Both the position numbers and the translations under genes were made by a program. This document shows positions 40,932 through 49,891 of a stretch of DNA of 64,000 nt, in pieces (position 1 is the first letter of the stretch; every line of letters begins with the position of its first letter). Origin of the DNA: an uncultured cyanobacterium. Its GTDB lineage: Bacteria; Cyanobacteriota; Cyanobacteriia; Cyanobacteriales; CAWUOF01. The stretch is from positions 544,001 to 608,000 of the forward strand of contig CAVUSO010000001.1 of the NCBI GenBank assembly GCA_963744145.1, written 5' to 3'. The notes beneath the pieces were generated by a model, which was given only the letters and a program-made list of their open reading frames with translations, had not been told where the DNA came from and ran no database searches.

Positions 40932-41142
40932 GACGGCCTCGATTATAAGTCTTTCAGAACTTTAGCAAAAATTCGGACTGTAGCAACGTTAAATTTCCTA
41001 AAGTTTTGGAATAATATCCAAGTTTTCCTGTCAATACTTAACAAGTCATCGCTCTATAAGAATATATGAGTTTTTGACAACTCTAAGACAGAATTTGTGA
41101 AGTTGATTGAATTTCATTGTCAGATAACAGATGAGACCGTTC

Positions 41143-41562
41143 CTAATGGTGACTGAGATCCTTTAATGATCTAGGCACTTGTCGTACTATACCACCATTA
41201 TTGTTCCGGCCCACACTGACACAGCTAACCATAGGATATGGTTGTTCTAATAATACCATGCAACGATTGCTAAAGGCACAAATCCAAATATTACTGAGAT
41301 CAAGGAAGCATTGCGTAAGACAGACCCTAAGCCTAAACCTGCAAAGTATCCATCTAGGATTAGATAAACGGAAGTAAATCCCAGTAAGGGGAATAGCCAA
41401 GGAATATAACTTGTCAGAAGCGAAGTCACTTCACCATAATTGGTCAATACCCCAAAGACCTTCTGGGGAAAAAGGAAACACACAAGGGCACAACTGATTC
41501 CTACCTCTAAACTCCGTCCTACCGTCACCTGCCATAAGAGGAATAACTTTTCACTCGCTTGT
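41143..41562 (-). pseudogene. 3' fragment of a second MATE transporter copy
   Basis: Colinear with the C-terminus of the MATE at 43614-44070. Premature TAG after WYY. 5' part missing, cut at the MITE. Confidence 0.88.
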
Positions 41563-41563
41563 C

Positions 41564-41685
41564 GGCTCTCCCGGATGTTTGGTATAAAGAGTAGCGAATA
41601 ATACAGTTTTTCAGATAATGAAGTCTGAAAACCTTGATATAGCTATACCATAAGTTTGCGTTATCACCACAAATACGGGAGAGCC
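41564..41685. mobile_element. MITE with ~20-bp imperfect TIR
   Basis: GGCTCTCCCGGATGTTTGGT ... ACCACAAATACGGGAGAGCC. Confidence 0.7.
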
Positions 41686-41718
41686 TTTATTTCCTGCGAT
41701 TGCTATGCTACTATGGTC

Positions 41719-41748
41719 TAGTCAGTAAACTTTTCGGTTTACTGACTA
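41719..41748. promoter_or_regulatory. Perfect 12-bp inverted repeat upstream of the halogenase
   Basis: TAGTCAGTAAAC-TTTTCG-GTTTACTGACTA, 28 bp before the ATG. Confidence 0.4.
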
Positions 41749-41776
41749 TGTTATTTTCAGGTGATGGTTTAGTTAT

Positions 41777-43276
41777 ATGATAAGATTTTCAAAAATCATA
41801 GTGGTTGGTGGAGGAAGTTCTGGTTGGAGTACGGCAATATATTTGAAGCATAAATTAAGGAATTTGGACGTGACTCTTGTTGAGTCACCTACTCAAAAAA
41901 GACTAGGTGTAGGAGAATCAACTAATACAATTACAAGGCATTTCAACAAGGAAATAGGATTAGAAGAAAAGGCATTTTTAAATGAAACGACAGGATCGTT
42001 CAAGTCCGCGATTGAGTTTGTAGGTTTTAACAGGAAGGAGGGGGTTTTCTATCACCCTTTTGGTTTCCCTCTTGAAAAAGATAAGGAATTCTTCAACGAA
42101 ACGACAGGATCGTTTAAGTCCGCGATTGAGTTTGTAGATTCTACCAGGAAGGATCTGGTTTTTTATCATCCTTTTGATTTACCTCTTGAAAAATATTTGG
42201 AAAAGTACTGGTTTAAAAATAAATTTGAAAATTTGTATTATATCTATCATGTAGTAAATCGAAAAAATCTTTTCGATCCGAAAGGCAGTTATGCGTACCA
42301 TGTAGATGCAGACAAGTATAGCGAATTTTTGAGAAAAAAGTCTGTAGAGCTTGGAGTTAAGCATATTGTCGGTACAGTTGAGAATGTTCTTTTTGATGAG
42401 ATACAGAATATCAAAGCACTGCGAATTGATAACAATCAAATACTGGAAGGCGACTTGTTTGTTGATTGCTCTGGTTTTAAAGCACTGTTAATGAGTGAGG
42501 CTTATAAAGAACCGTTTTTGTCAATCGCTGATAAATTACCTAATGATTCTGCGGTAGCAACAAAAGTTCCATATATGAACCGAACTAAAGAAATGAGAGC
42601 GGTAACAACATGCTGGGCTTTAGATGAAGGCTGGGTATGGATCATTCCCCTCAAAAATCGGATTGGATCTGGTTTCGTCTATTCATCTAAGTACACTTCA
42701 AAAGAAGCAGCCGAAGAGAAACTAAGGCAATACTGGGGTATTGACAGGACAAAAGAGTTAGAAGTGTTTCATATTAAGATGAGAACTGGCAGGCATGAAA
42801 GGGCTTGGGTCAAGAATTGTGTAGCCATTGGTCCTGCTTATGGATTTATCGAACCACTGGAATCAACAGGTATTTCACTTACTCAGCATAGTATTATGAC
42901 TTTGGCCAGGGTATTAAGCAAGGGGTCATACAACGATCGGATAATTGGGCAGTTCAACAAGTATGAGGCTTCCGTATTTGATAATACAGTTGATTTTATC
43001 CAGGCGCATTATATTTTGAGCAAAAGGAAAGATTCAGCTTATTGGCAGAACTTGACGGCATCAAGTTACAACATTGAAAGTCTCAAACAAATATTGGATG
43101 AAGTGAATGCCAAGTCGTACAGGTTGATTCAAGATCAAGATACGTTCTACACTACTAATAATTGGAATGCGATCTTGTCAGGTATGGAATTCTTCAATGA
43201 AGATTTGAAATTGAAAAATTCCAGTAAACTGGAAGATTTGCCAATTTTGTCAGAATACTTGGATAGTTTGTCGTAA
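41777..43276 (+). CDS. Flavin-dependent halogenase, tryptophan halogenase family
   Basis: VVGGGSSG FAD motif, GVGEST, GSFKSAI (catalytic Lys position), FYHPFG, FVDCSGF, GWVWIIPL (WxWxIP), FIEPLESTG. Confidence 0.9.
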   Translation: MIRFSKIIVVGGGSSGWSTAIYLKHKLRNLDVTLVESPTQKRLGVGESTNTITRHFNKEIGLEEKAFLNETTGSFKSAIEFVGFNRKEGVFYHPFGFPLEKDKEFFNETTGSFKSAIEFVDSTRKDLVFYHPFDLPLEKYLEKYWFKNKFENLYYIYHVVNRKNLFDPKGSYAYHVDADKYSEFLRKKSVELGVKHIVGTVENVLFDEIQNIKALRIDNNQILEGDLFVDCSGFKALLMSEAYKEPFLSIADKLPNDSAVATKVPYMNRTKEMRAVTTCWALDEGWVWIIPLKNRIGSGFVYSSKYTSKEAAEEKLRQYWGIDRTKELEVFHIKMRTGRHERAWVKNCVAIGPAYGFIEPLESTGISLTQHSIMTLARVLSKGSYNDRIIGQFNKYEASVFDNTVDFIQAHYILSKRKDSAYWQNLTASSYNIESLKQILDEVNAKSYRLIQDQDTFYTTNNWNAILSGMEFFNEDLKLKNSSKLEDLPILSEYLDSLS

Positions 43277-43613
43277 GGATTCAGATGGGGGCAGTTGACC
43301 CCGGATTTCTCACAAAGATTTAAACAACTTGCCCAAAAAGCTTATGTAGCTTAGATTTGAGATCAGATATCCCGTCAACCTACTGTCCCCGGATTTCTCA
43401 CAAAGATATCGCTGACAAGCGAGGGATTGCAACCCAAAAACACCCTGTCATTTTTCAGCAGCGTTCATTTAGACATCCTCTACTTCCTTAGTATATTCTA
43501 CCCAGTTGCAATCCGCTAGATCTTGATACTCGACAGAAATCTTCAACGGAGTAACATTACTCAAAAGAGCCTATGAGTTTTTGCCGACTCTAAGGCAAAA
43601 TTTGCAAAGTTGA

Positions 43614-44984
43614 CTAAGCTTCGTTGCCAGATGACAGATCAGAAAGTTGCTGAGTATGACTCACATCCTTCAATGTGCCAGGCACATGCACTGCCAGCAC
43701 CACCATTCTTGTTACTGTCCACATTGACACAGCTAACCATAAGATATGGTTGTTATGATAATACCATGCAACGACTGCTAGAGGCACAAATCCAAAGATG
43801 ACTGAGATCAATGAGGCATTGCGTAAGACTTGCCCTAAAGCTAAACCTGCAAAGTATCCATCTAGGATCAGATACACTGAACTAAATCCCAGCACGGGGA
43901 ATAACCAAGGAACATAACTTGTCAGAAGCAAAGTCACTTCTTCGTAATTGGTTAATAGCCCAAAGACCTTTTGGGGAAACAGGAAACACACAAAGGCACA
44001 ACTGATTCCTACCTCTAAACTTCTTCCTACCGTCACCTGCAATAAGGGGAATAACTTTTCAATCGCTTGTTGTCCTTTAAAGTTTCCGCTCAAAGTCTCA
44101 GTGGCAAATCCGATGGCTTCAAAACAGTAGATACAAAGGAATGTTACTTGTAAGAGTAAGGCATTTTCCGCCAGGATAGTTGTCCCCATTGCAGAACCGA
44201 GAACTGTAAAAATGCTTGCGACTAACATAGTAGCCGCAGACCTGATGAAGATATTGCCATTAAGGTTAAAAGCTGCTTTAAATGCACTGACATCCCAAAT
44301 TTTTCTAGCTACACTGACAACTTCCTTCCAGTCTATTTGAAAACTCGCCAACATGATACCGACTAATAACATGAGATAGGGGCTAATGGCTTGAGACAAT
44401 CCCGCCCCCTTACTAGCCAAGTCCCAGCGGACAATAAACAGGTAGTCAAATAAAACATTAGCTCCATTACCCACCACCGACATTAGCAACACACAGCTAC
44501 TCTTTTCCCGTCCCAGAAACCACCCAATCAGAACAAAATTCATCACAACCGCAGGTGCGCCCCAAATTCGGGCGTTGAAATAGTCAATCCCTGATGCCTT
44601 AACCTCGATCGTGGCACTGATGATGCCAAACCACAACTGTTGCAAAGGATATTGCAACAACAGAATTAGTCCAGCTATACCCAATCCAATTAAAACATTT
44701 CGCAGCCCCACCAGTAGCATCTGTTCAGTGTCATTTCGTCCCACCGCCTGTGCCGTCATTCCAGTGGTTCCCATACGTAAACAGTTGACAATGAAATACA
44801 TATGGTTAAATAGTATTGTAGACAGAGTAACCCCTGCTAGATCCTCGATTTGAGTAAAATGACCCAAGAATGCTATGCTGATTGTCCCAACTAGAGGCTC
44901 CGTGATATTTGAAAGGACATTGATGAAAGCAAGTCTAAAGAAGCGAGAAAGGAAGTCATACTTTTCTGGGAGCGTTATGCTCAT
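43614..44984 (-). CDS. MATE (DinF-like) efflux transporter
   Basis: LRMGTTGMTAQAVG, ARIWGAPA, GWFLGRE, about 12 TM. The N-terminus resembles cyanobacterial secondary-metabolite MATEs such as GntT (from memory). Confidence 0.9.
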   Translation of the reverse strand: MSITLPEKYDFLSRFFRLAFINVLSNITEPLVGTISIAFLGHFTQIEDLAGVTLSTILFNHMYFIVNCLRMGTTGMTAQAVGRNDTEQMLLVGLRNVLIGLGIAGLILLLQYPLQQLWFGIISATIEVKASGIDYFNARIWGAPAVVMNFVLIGWFLGREKSSCVLLMSVVGNGANVLFDYLFIVRWDLASKGAGLSQAISPYLMLLVGIMLASFQIDWKEVVSVARKIWDVSAFKAAFNLNGNIFIRSAATMLVASIFTVLGSAMGTTILAENALLLQVTFLCIYCFEAIGFATETLSGNFKGQQAIEKLFPLLQVTVGRSLEVGISCAFVCFLFPQKVFGLLTNYEEVTLLLTSYVPWLFPVLGFSSVYLILDGYFAGLALGQVLRNASLISVIFGFVPLAVVAWYYHNNHILWLAVSMWTVTRMVVLAVHVPGTLKDVSHTQQLSDLSSGNEA

Positions 44985-44993
44985 GAATTAATC

Positions 44994-46721
44994 CTATGGT
45001 GAATTTAACGAGTTGAACAAGTGGGCTTCGTTGCTTGCTGGAGCTAAGTTTAACACATTTGTCAGGTGGTCGATTACTGAGTTAAGGTCCACAAAAGGAT
45101 TAATCAGTATACATTTCCATCCACTAATTGGTATTCCTGATTGACCGACAATCACTTGATTAGAGTAGCCTAAAATCGGTGTATTGGAACTCCTAATAAC
45201 TTGGCTTTTTCTAAAAAGATTTTGATTATATTCATTCATTTTTTGAGTAAAATTTTGATCGGCTTCACTCGTCCCAAATAACTCTCTTTTATATGCTGCT
45301 TGTGCTTCTATTCCAGTTGGATAAAATCGCCAAAGTGTACTTGTTCCAGGAATATTTTGATTCAAAACTCCAATAGAGCTATTGAAACTATATTGTAGTT
45401 GCGATTTCAAAATATTGCTTTGTTGGATAGCATAACCAATCATCGCCTGGTATCCTTCATAACCCAAGGCATAAAGATTAGCCAAAATCATTAAAGGTCC
45501 ATCTCCTGGACGGGAGGATTCAGGGGTATAAGCTCCTGGAAATGAGCAAAAACTATCCTCAGTAAAATAGGGTGTTTCCTCCCGATCTTTTTGGAGCAGT
45601 AGCATATCCTGTTTGTTCTTAAAGATTAAGGCACTAGAAATATAAGATGTCAAACCATGTTTATGGGGAGCGACTGTAATAGAATCCGCGTAACATAAAT
45701 TAGAGTAGAGGTTATTTAATTTCTCAATAGAGTTAAGCGCGTCTGGATTAAATGCTAAGGGATTGTTGGCAATTTGATAGTTTTTAAATATCCCATAAAT
45801 CCACCCGACAACTGCATCTACATGAAGGTGGGGTTTGGGAATATGATATTTTTGACAGACTGTTTCACAAATTTCAAAAACGCTTTTGATATCATCTACA
45901 CCAAAGGAATCAGTATATCCAGCAACTAAATATATGCACACAATCTGCTTCCCTTGTTGGATAGTTTCCTCAATCTGAGCTTGCAAAGCTTTCAAGGATA
46001 TCTCAAAATTGGGTGTGACCGGAACAGAGATCACATTTTCAGTCCCGATACCAAGTAATCGAGCCGCGTTGACATTAGTATAATGGCCAAGAACTGATTG
46101 GATCACGACAGGATCTTTATCTAAAAAAGCTTTGAAGCCTTTTTTTCCCAAACCAGGGAACATCTTTTCCAGAGCAAATCGAACTGCCCAATAATTACTT
46201 GCAGCTCCTCCTGATGTAAAATATCCTCCTGCTAATTTAGGGTCAAAACCGACAATTTCAGCCAGATGTGCGATCGCGAGCTGTTCAGCTTCAATTGCTT
46301 TTCCCGCATAGGTTTCACAAGCCAGATTCGGATTAATAATAGCACAAGCAATTTTGGCAAGAATTGCTGGTGTTAGAGACGGTGGAACAATATTTAAAGG
46401 AGCATAGCCTGCTGAGTAATTGGGGACATTTCCTAAATAATTGAGAATGATATGTTGAATCACCTCTTCAATCGACCAACCTTTTGTAGGAATTTGATTT
46501 ATGCCTAACTCAGATTTGATTTCTGGAGTTATTCTAGCGGTCAAATTTGTATCAGTTCGTAAGGATTTTAAGCCTGTCAATAACTGCTCAATTGCTGCCA
46601 AAAAATTACTTCCTAACCCAGCCTTGGGAAGAAGGTATTGACTGTAGGTTAAGAGCAAATTATTTAAACTCTGATTTTCCTGACTAAAATCATCTTTGCT
46701 GCGATCTGTTTGTTCAATCAT
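44994..46721 (-). CDS. Group II PLP-dependent amino acid decarboxylase
   Basis: FTSGGAASN, GHYT, AGYTDSFGVD, HLHVDA, ADSITVAPHK (Schiff-base Lys). Confidence 0.85.
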   Translation of the reverse strand: MIEQTDRSKDDFSQENQSLNNLLLTYSQYLLPKAGLGSNFLAAIEQLLTGLKSLRTDTNLTARITPEIKSELGINQIPTKGWSIEEVIQHIILNYLGNVPNYSAGYAPLNIVPPSLTPAILAKIACAIINPNLACETYAGKAIEAEQLAIAHLAEIVGFDPKLAGGYFTSGGAASNYWAVRFALEKMFPGLGKKGFKAFLDKDPVVIQSVLGHYTNVNAARLLGIGTENVISVPVTPNFEISLKALQAQIEETIQQGKQIVCIYLVAGYTDSFGVDDIKSVFEICETVCQKYHIPKPHLHVDAVVGWIYGIFKNYQIANNPLAFNPDALNSIEKLNNLYSNLCYADSITVAPHKHGLTSYISSALIFKNKQDMLLLQKDREETPYFTEDSFCSFPGAYTPESSRPGDGPLMILANLYALGYEGYQAMIGYAIQQSNILKSQLQYSFNSSIGVLNQNIPGTSTLWRFYPTGIEAQAAYKRELFGTSEADQNFTQKMNEYNQNLFRKSQVIRSSNTPILGYSNQVIVGQSGIPISGWKCILINPFVDLNSVIDHLTNVLNLAPASNEAHLFNSLNSP

Positions 46722-46733
46722 TTCTTGGCTACA

Positions 46734-48131
46734 TTAATAACTTTGAATACCGTACCTGTTATTTTGAGACCGTCTCTCTGTCACCACCATCCGCACATCC
46801 CCAGGTCCTACTTCTGGTCCTAATAGAAGTCCTCTAATCACTGGTTGGACTGGTTTGCTATCAACTAATTCCATCTGAAAACACGACAAAACTGTTGCCA
46901 AAGCCAGTTTCATTTCAAACAAGTAAAATGCCATACCAATACAGCGACGGTTACCGCCACCAAAGGGCAAATACTCAGAAGAAGCAAATTGACGTTCCAG
47001 AAAACGCTCTGGTTTAAACTGCTTTGGATTGGGATATAAATCTTGGCGATGATGAGTTAGATAAATACAGGGAATCAGGATAGTACCAGGTTCAAACTGA
47101 TAGCCCCCAATCGCTAACGGTGATTTCACCACTCGACTAAATGCCAAGATTGCCGGTGGGTAAAGGCGCAGTGTTTCACAACAGATAGCATTTAAATAGG
47201 GCAAACGAAAAATAGTATTCGGATCTGGGTTTTCACCCAAACTATCGAGTTCTTGCAGTAATTTTTCCTGCACTTCTGGCAGATGGTGAATCCAATATAA
47301 GGCCCAATATAAGGCAGTTGTAGGTGCTTCGTAACCTGCTACCAATAGCGTGATCAACTGATCGCGTAACTCTACATCCGTCATCCCCTGCCCCTGCTCA
47401 TCGCGAGCCGATATCATCAAGGAGAGAATATCACTCCGAGATGAATTATTGGGTTGCTCTTTGCGTTCCCAAATCTCAGCGTAGATGAGTTCGTCTATTT
47501 CCTGGATTTGGCCCATGAACTTTTTCCAAGGACTCCAAGAACCTAAAGCGCTTCGGAGTAATGGGAAAAGAAGCATAACAACTCTCAATAAAGGTCTCTT
47601 AGGATTGAGGATTGCAATGAAAAGTTTTTTGAGCTGTTCGTAACGTGCCCCTTCCTCTAGACTAAAGACAGCTTTTGAAATAACTTGGAAGGAAATTGCT
47701 TGCATAGAGGGCAGGACAGAAAAAGGTTCACCAAGCGGCCACTGACTCACTACTTGCTTGGTAATATCGCGGATGGTCTCACCATAAGCTAGCATTCTTT
47801 CTCCATGAAAGGGAGGTGTCAACAACTTTCGTTGTCGCTGATGAGGTTTGCCTTCCAACGCTAGCATTGATTGTCGTCCAAAAAAAGCCGAACTAAAACC
47901 TGCTGATTCACCAGAGTCCAACTGTTTTGGATCGGTGGTAAAAATCTGCTCAATCGCCTGAGGGTTACTGATAAACACTTGGGGCTGAAAAGTTGGACCA
48001 ATCCTGACAGTAAAGATATCACCATAACGTTGAGCACAAGCTTCCATGTATTCTAATGGGCTAGTAAGCCATTGGAACGTCTGTACCAAAGGGTGAGTTT
48101 GAGGACCTTCAGGTAGTTTAAGAGTAGACAT
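46734..48131 (-). CDS. Cytochrome P450 (CYP110-like)
   Basis: RKLLTPPFHG, ETLR (ExxR), FKPERF, PFGGGNRRCIG heme motif. I-helix reads AGYEAP. Confidence 0.95.
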   Translation of the reverse strand: MSTLKLPEGPQTHPLVQTFQWLTSPLEYMEACAQRYGDIFTVRIGPTFQPQVFISNPQAIEQIFTTDPKQLDSGESAGFSSAFFGRQSMLALEGKPHQRQRKLLTPPFHGERMLAYGETIRDITKQVVSQWPLGEPFSVLPSMQAISFQVISKAVFSLEEGARYEQLKKLFIAILNPKRPLLRVVMLLFPLLRSALGSWSPWKKFMGQIQEIDELIYAEIWERKEQPNNSSRSDILSLMISARDEQGQGMTDVELRDQLITLLVAGYEAPTTALYWALYWIHHLPEVQEKLLQELDSLGENPDPNTIFRLPYLNAICCETLRLYPPAILAFSRVVKSPLAIGGYQFEPGTILIPCIYLTHHRQDLYPNPKQFKPERFLERQFASSEYLPFGGGNRRCIGMAFYLFEMKLALATVLSCFQMELVDSKPVQPVIRGLLLGPEVGPGDVRMVVTERRSQNNRYGIQSY

Positions 48132-48156
48132 ATTTTCTCATATTCAATTATGGACT

Positions 48157-49506
48157 TCAATAAATATCCAAATATTCATGACGCTCCCACTCCGTCAGGT
48201 GTTCGTGAAAACGGGCTAGTTCAAAACGTTTGACCGTAGTAAAAAGGCGGACAAACTCTTGAGAGAGCATATTTTGCATTTCTCCATCAGCAGCCAGTCC
48301 AGATAAAGCTTCCTCAAGGGTTTGAGGTAACTTTGGCCAATTTGGGTCGTCTTCGCTGGGACCTGCTCCTGAAGGCTGTAGTTGACGCTGTTGTTTAATA
48401 CCTAGCAAACCCGCAGCTAGAGTCGCTGCTGCGGTGAGGTAAGGATTACTCAGACCGGAAGCGGCTCGCATTTCGATATGGGTTGATTCTTCATCGGTTA
48501 CTTTGATTCGCACCATTGCTGTACGATCTTCAATACCCCAACTGATATTGGAGGGAGCAAAAGTCTGAGGTTTGAAGCGACGATAACAATTCGGAGTAGG
48601 ACTCACTAATGGCATCATTGCCTCTCCATGATCTAAAATGCCTTGAATGAAGGCTTGAGCCGTAGCAGACAAACCATATTTGTTCTCTGGGTCAATAAAA
48701 ACATTGTTTCCAGTGTTGCGGTCAATGAGGCTGATATGAAAATGACAACAGCAACCCGCATAGTCGATAAAGGGTTTAGACATGAAGGTGGCATGATAAC
48801 CCAGCCGATAAGTAATCTCCTTGACTGCATTCTTGAAGGTAAAAGCTTTGTCCGCAGCGCCAATCCCTATGCTTGCTCCATAATTAATCTCGAATTGGGA
48901 AGGACAATGCTCGCAGTGATAGTTAATCACATCTATTCCAGAGGCACGCAGATAATTGATTAATTGACTGATTTCAGGAATATAGTTGTTGCGGGTATTA
49001 TTAAAAACGTATAGCCCATCAAAAAGTAGTTCCTTTGTTTCAGGATGGAGAAGATAGAACTCAAACTCATGCCCCATCATCACATTGAACCCCAGCTCCG
49101 CCGCTTCTGCGAGTAACTGTTTGAGGATATAACGGGGAGCAATTTCCAACGGTTCTGTTGGACTCCTCATTAGATCACAAATGACTTTGGCTGTTTTTTC
49201 CATCCAAGGTACGGGTGTTAGGGTATCAAGGTCTGGGATTAATAGTAGGTCACGGTATTTCCACTCTTCGTGATAGCCAGAACCGGGTACAACCATGGAA
49301 GCCGTATCTAAAGCCAGACAACCCCCATAAAAGTTAAGACCTTTGCGAGCAAAGCTTTCTACTTTATCAATTGGCACAACTTTTGAGCGAGCGACTCCGT
49401 GTAAATCTGGTAGCTCAAAACGGATGTACTCAATATGGTGGTTGGTTAGATATTCAACAAACTGAGGGACGCTATCAAAAGCAGTTTTTGCTTTTTCTGA
49501 CATCAT
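48157..49506 (-). CDS. Glutamine synthetase-like ligase (gamma-glutamyl-amine synthetase type)
   Basis: DLHGVARSK, HEFEFY, E..PSQFEIN, ATFMSKP, HFHISL, EMR..S..SNPYL. DLxG..RxK and divergent loops fit the PuuA/GlnA4-like group rather than GSI. Confidence 0.85.
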   Translation of the reverse strand: MMSEKAKTAFDSVPQFVEYLTNHHIEYIRFELPDLHGVARSKVVPIDKVESFARKGLNFYGGCLALDTASMVVPGSGYHEEWKYRDLLLIPDLDTLTPVPWMEKTAKVICDLMRSPTEPLEIAPRYILKQLLAEAAELGFNVMMGHEFEFYLLHPETKELLFDGLYVFNNTRNNYIPEISQLINYLRASGIDVINYHCEHCPSQFEINYGASIGIGAADKAFTFKNAVKEITYRLGYHATFMSKPFIDYAGCCCHFHISLIDRNTGNNVFIDPENKYGLSATAQAFIQGILDHGEAMMPLVSPTPNCYRRFKPQTFAPSNISWGIEDRTAMVRIKVTDEESTHIEMRAASGLSNPYLTAAATLAAGLLGIKQQRQLQPSGAGPSEDDPNWPKLPQTLEEALSGLAADGEMQNMLSQEFVRLFTTVKRFELARFHEHLTEWERHEYLDIY

Positions 49507-49763
49507 TATTTTTAGCCAATCTGAGTGATTAATATATGTTAATTTATTGTACAGTAAGAATTAACTAGCTAATGAAATAAGAAAAATAAATAAATTTTTC
49601 TTATTAATTTAAAAAAATAGATAAACTTTGATAATAAATTATCCGGAAAAAGGAATTAAGGACTTGCAAATAGATAGTGGTAAATATGTAGTAAAATTTA
49701 AATATATTAATTAAATAGTATTACTATACTTATCACTATTTCATCATAGTTTGTATGGTAGTC

Positions 49764-49891
49764 CAAAACGGTTCTCAGTGGTGGAATCATGCTAATGCGA
49801 TCGCGAAGAAATTAGCAGTTTGTACTTCTGGTAACAACCTGGAAAGATAACAATCAAGCTGAAACATTTATGGATAAAGATTAGAGCTTAG
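49764..49891 (+). repeat. 128-bp direct repeat, right island boundary
   Basis: Orphan copy of the kinase-GUN4 3' end. Its last bases overlap the stop codon of the convergent histidine kinase. Confidence 0.95.

Larger units (their letters stand above)
38484..49763. mobile_element. Genomic island carrying a putative biosynthetic gene cluster
   Basis: Flanked by 128-bp direct repeats, few HIP1 sites, accessory enzyme content. No integrase inside. Confidence 0.75.

Noticed and set aside
43299-43410. Repeated CCCCGGATTTCTCACAAAGAT as an att site for the halogenase
   Set aside because: Both copies are on the same side of the gene, about 90 bp apart. It looks like dispersed repeat debris.
38663-49506. 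Known cyanotoxin cluster (guanitoxin, saxitoxin, aetokthonotoxin)
   Set aside because: Only generic family overlap (MATE, halogenase, P450). The other enzymes of those pathways are not in the island.
48157-49506. Housekeeping glnA
   Set aside because: Motifs fit the GS-like gamma-glutamyl ligase group and the gene sits in an accessory island, so no symbol was assigned.
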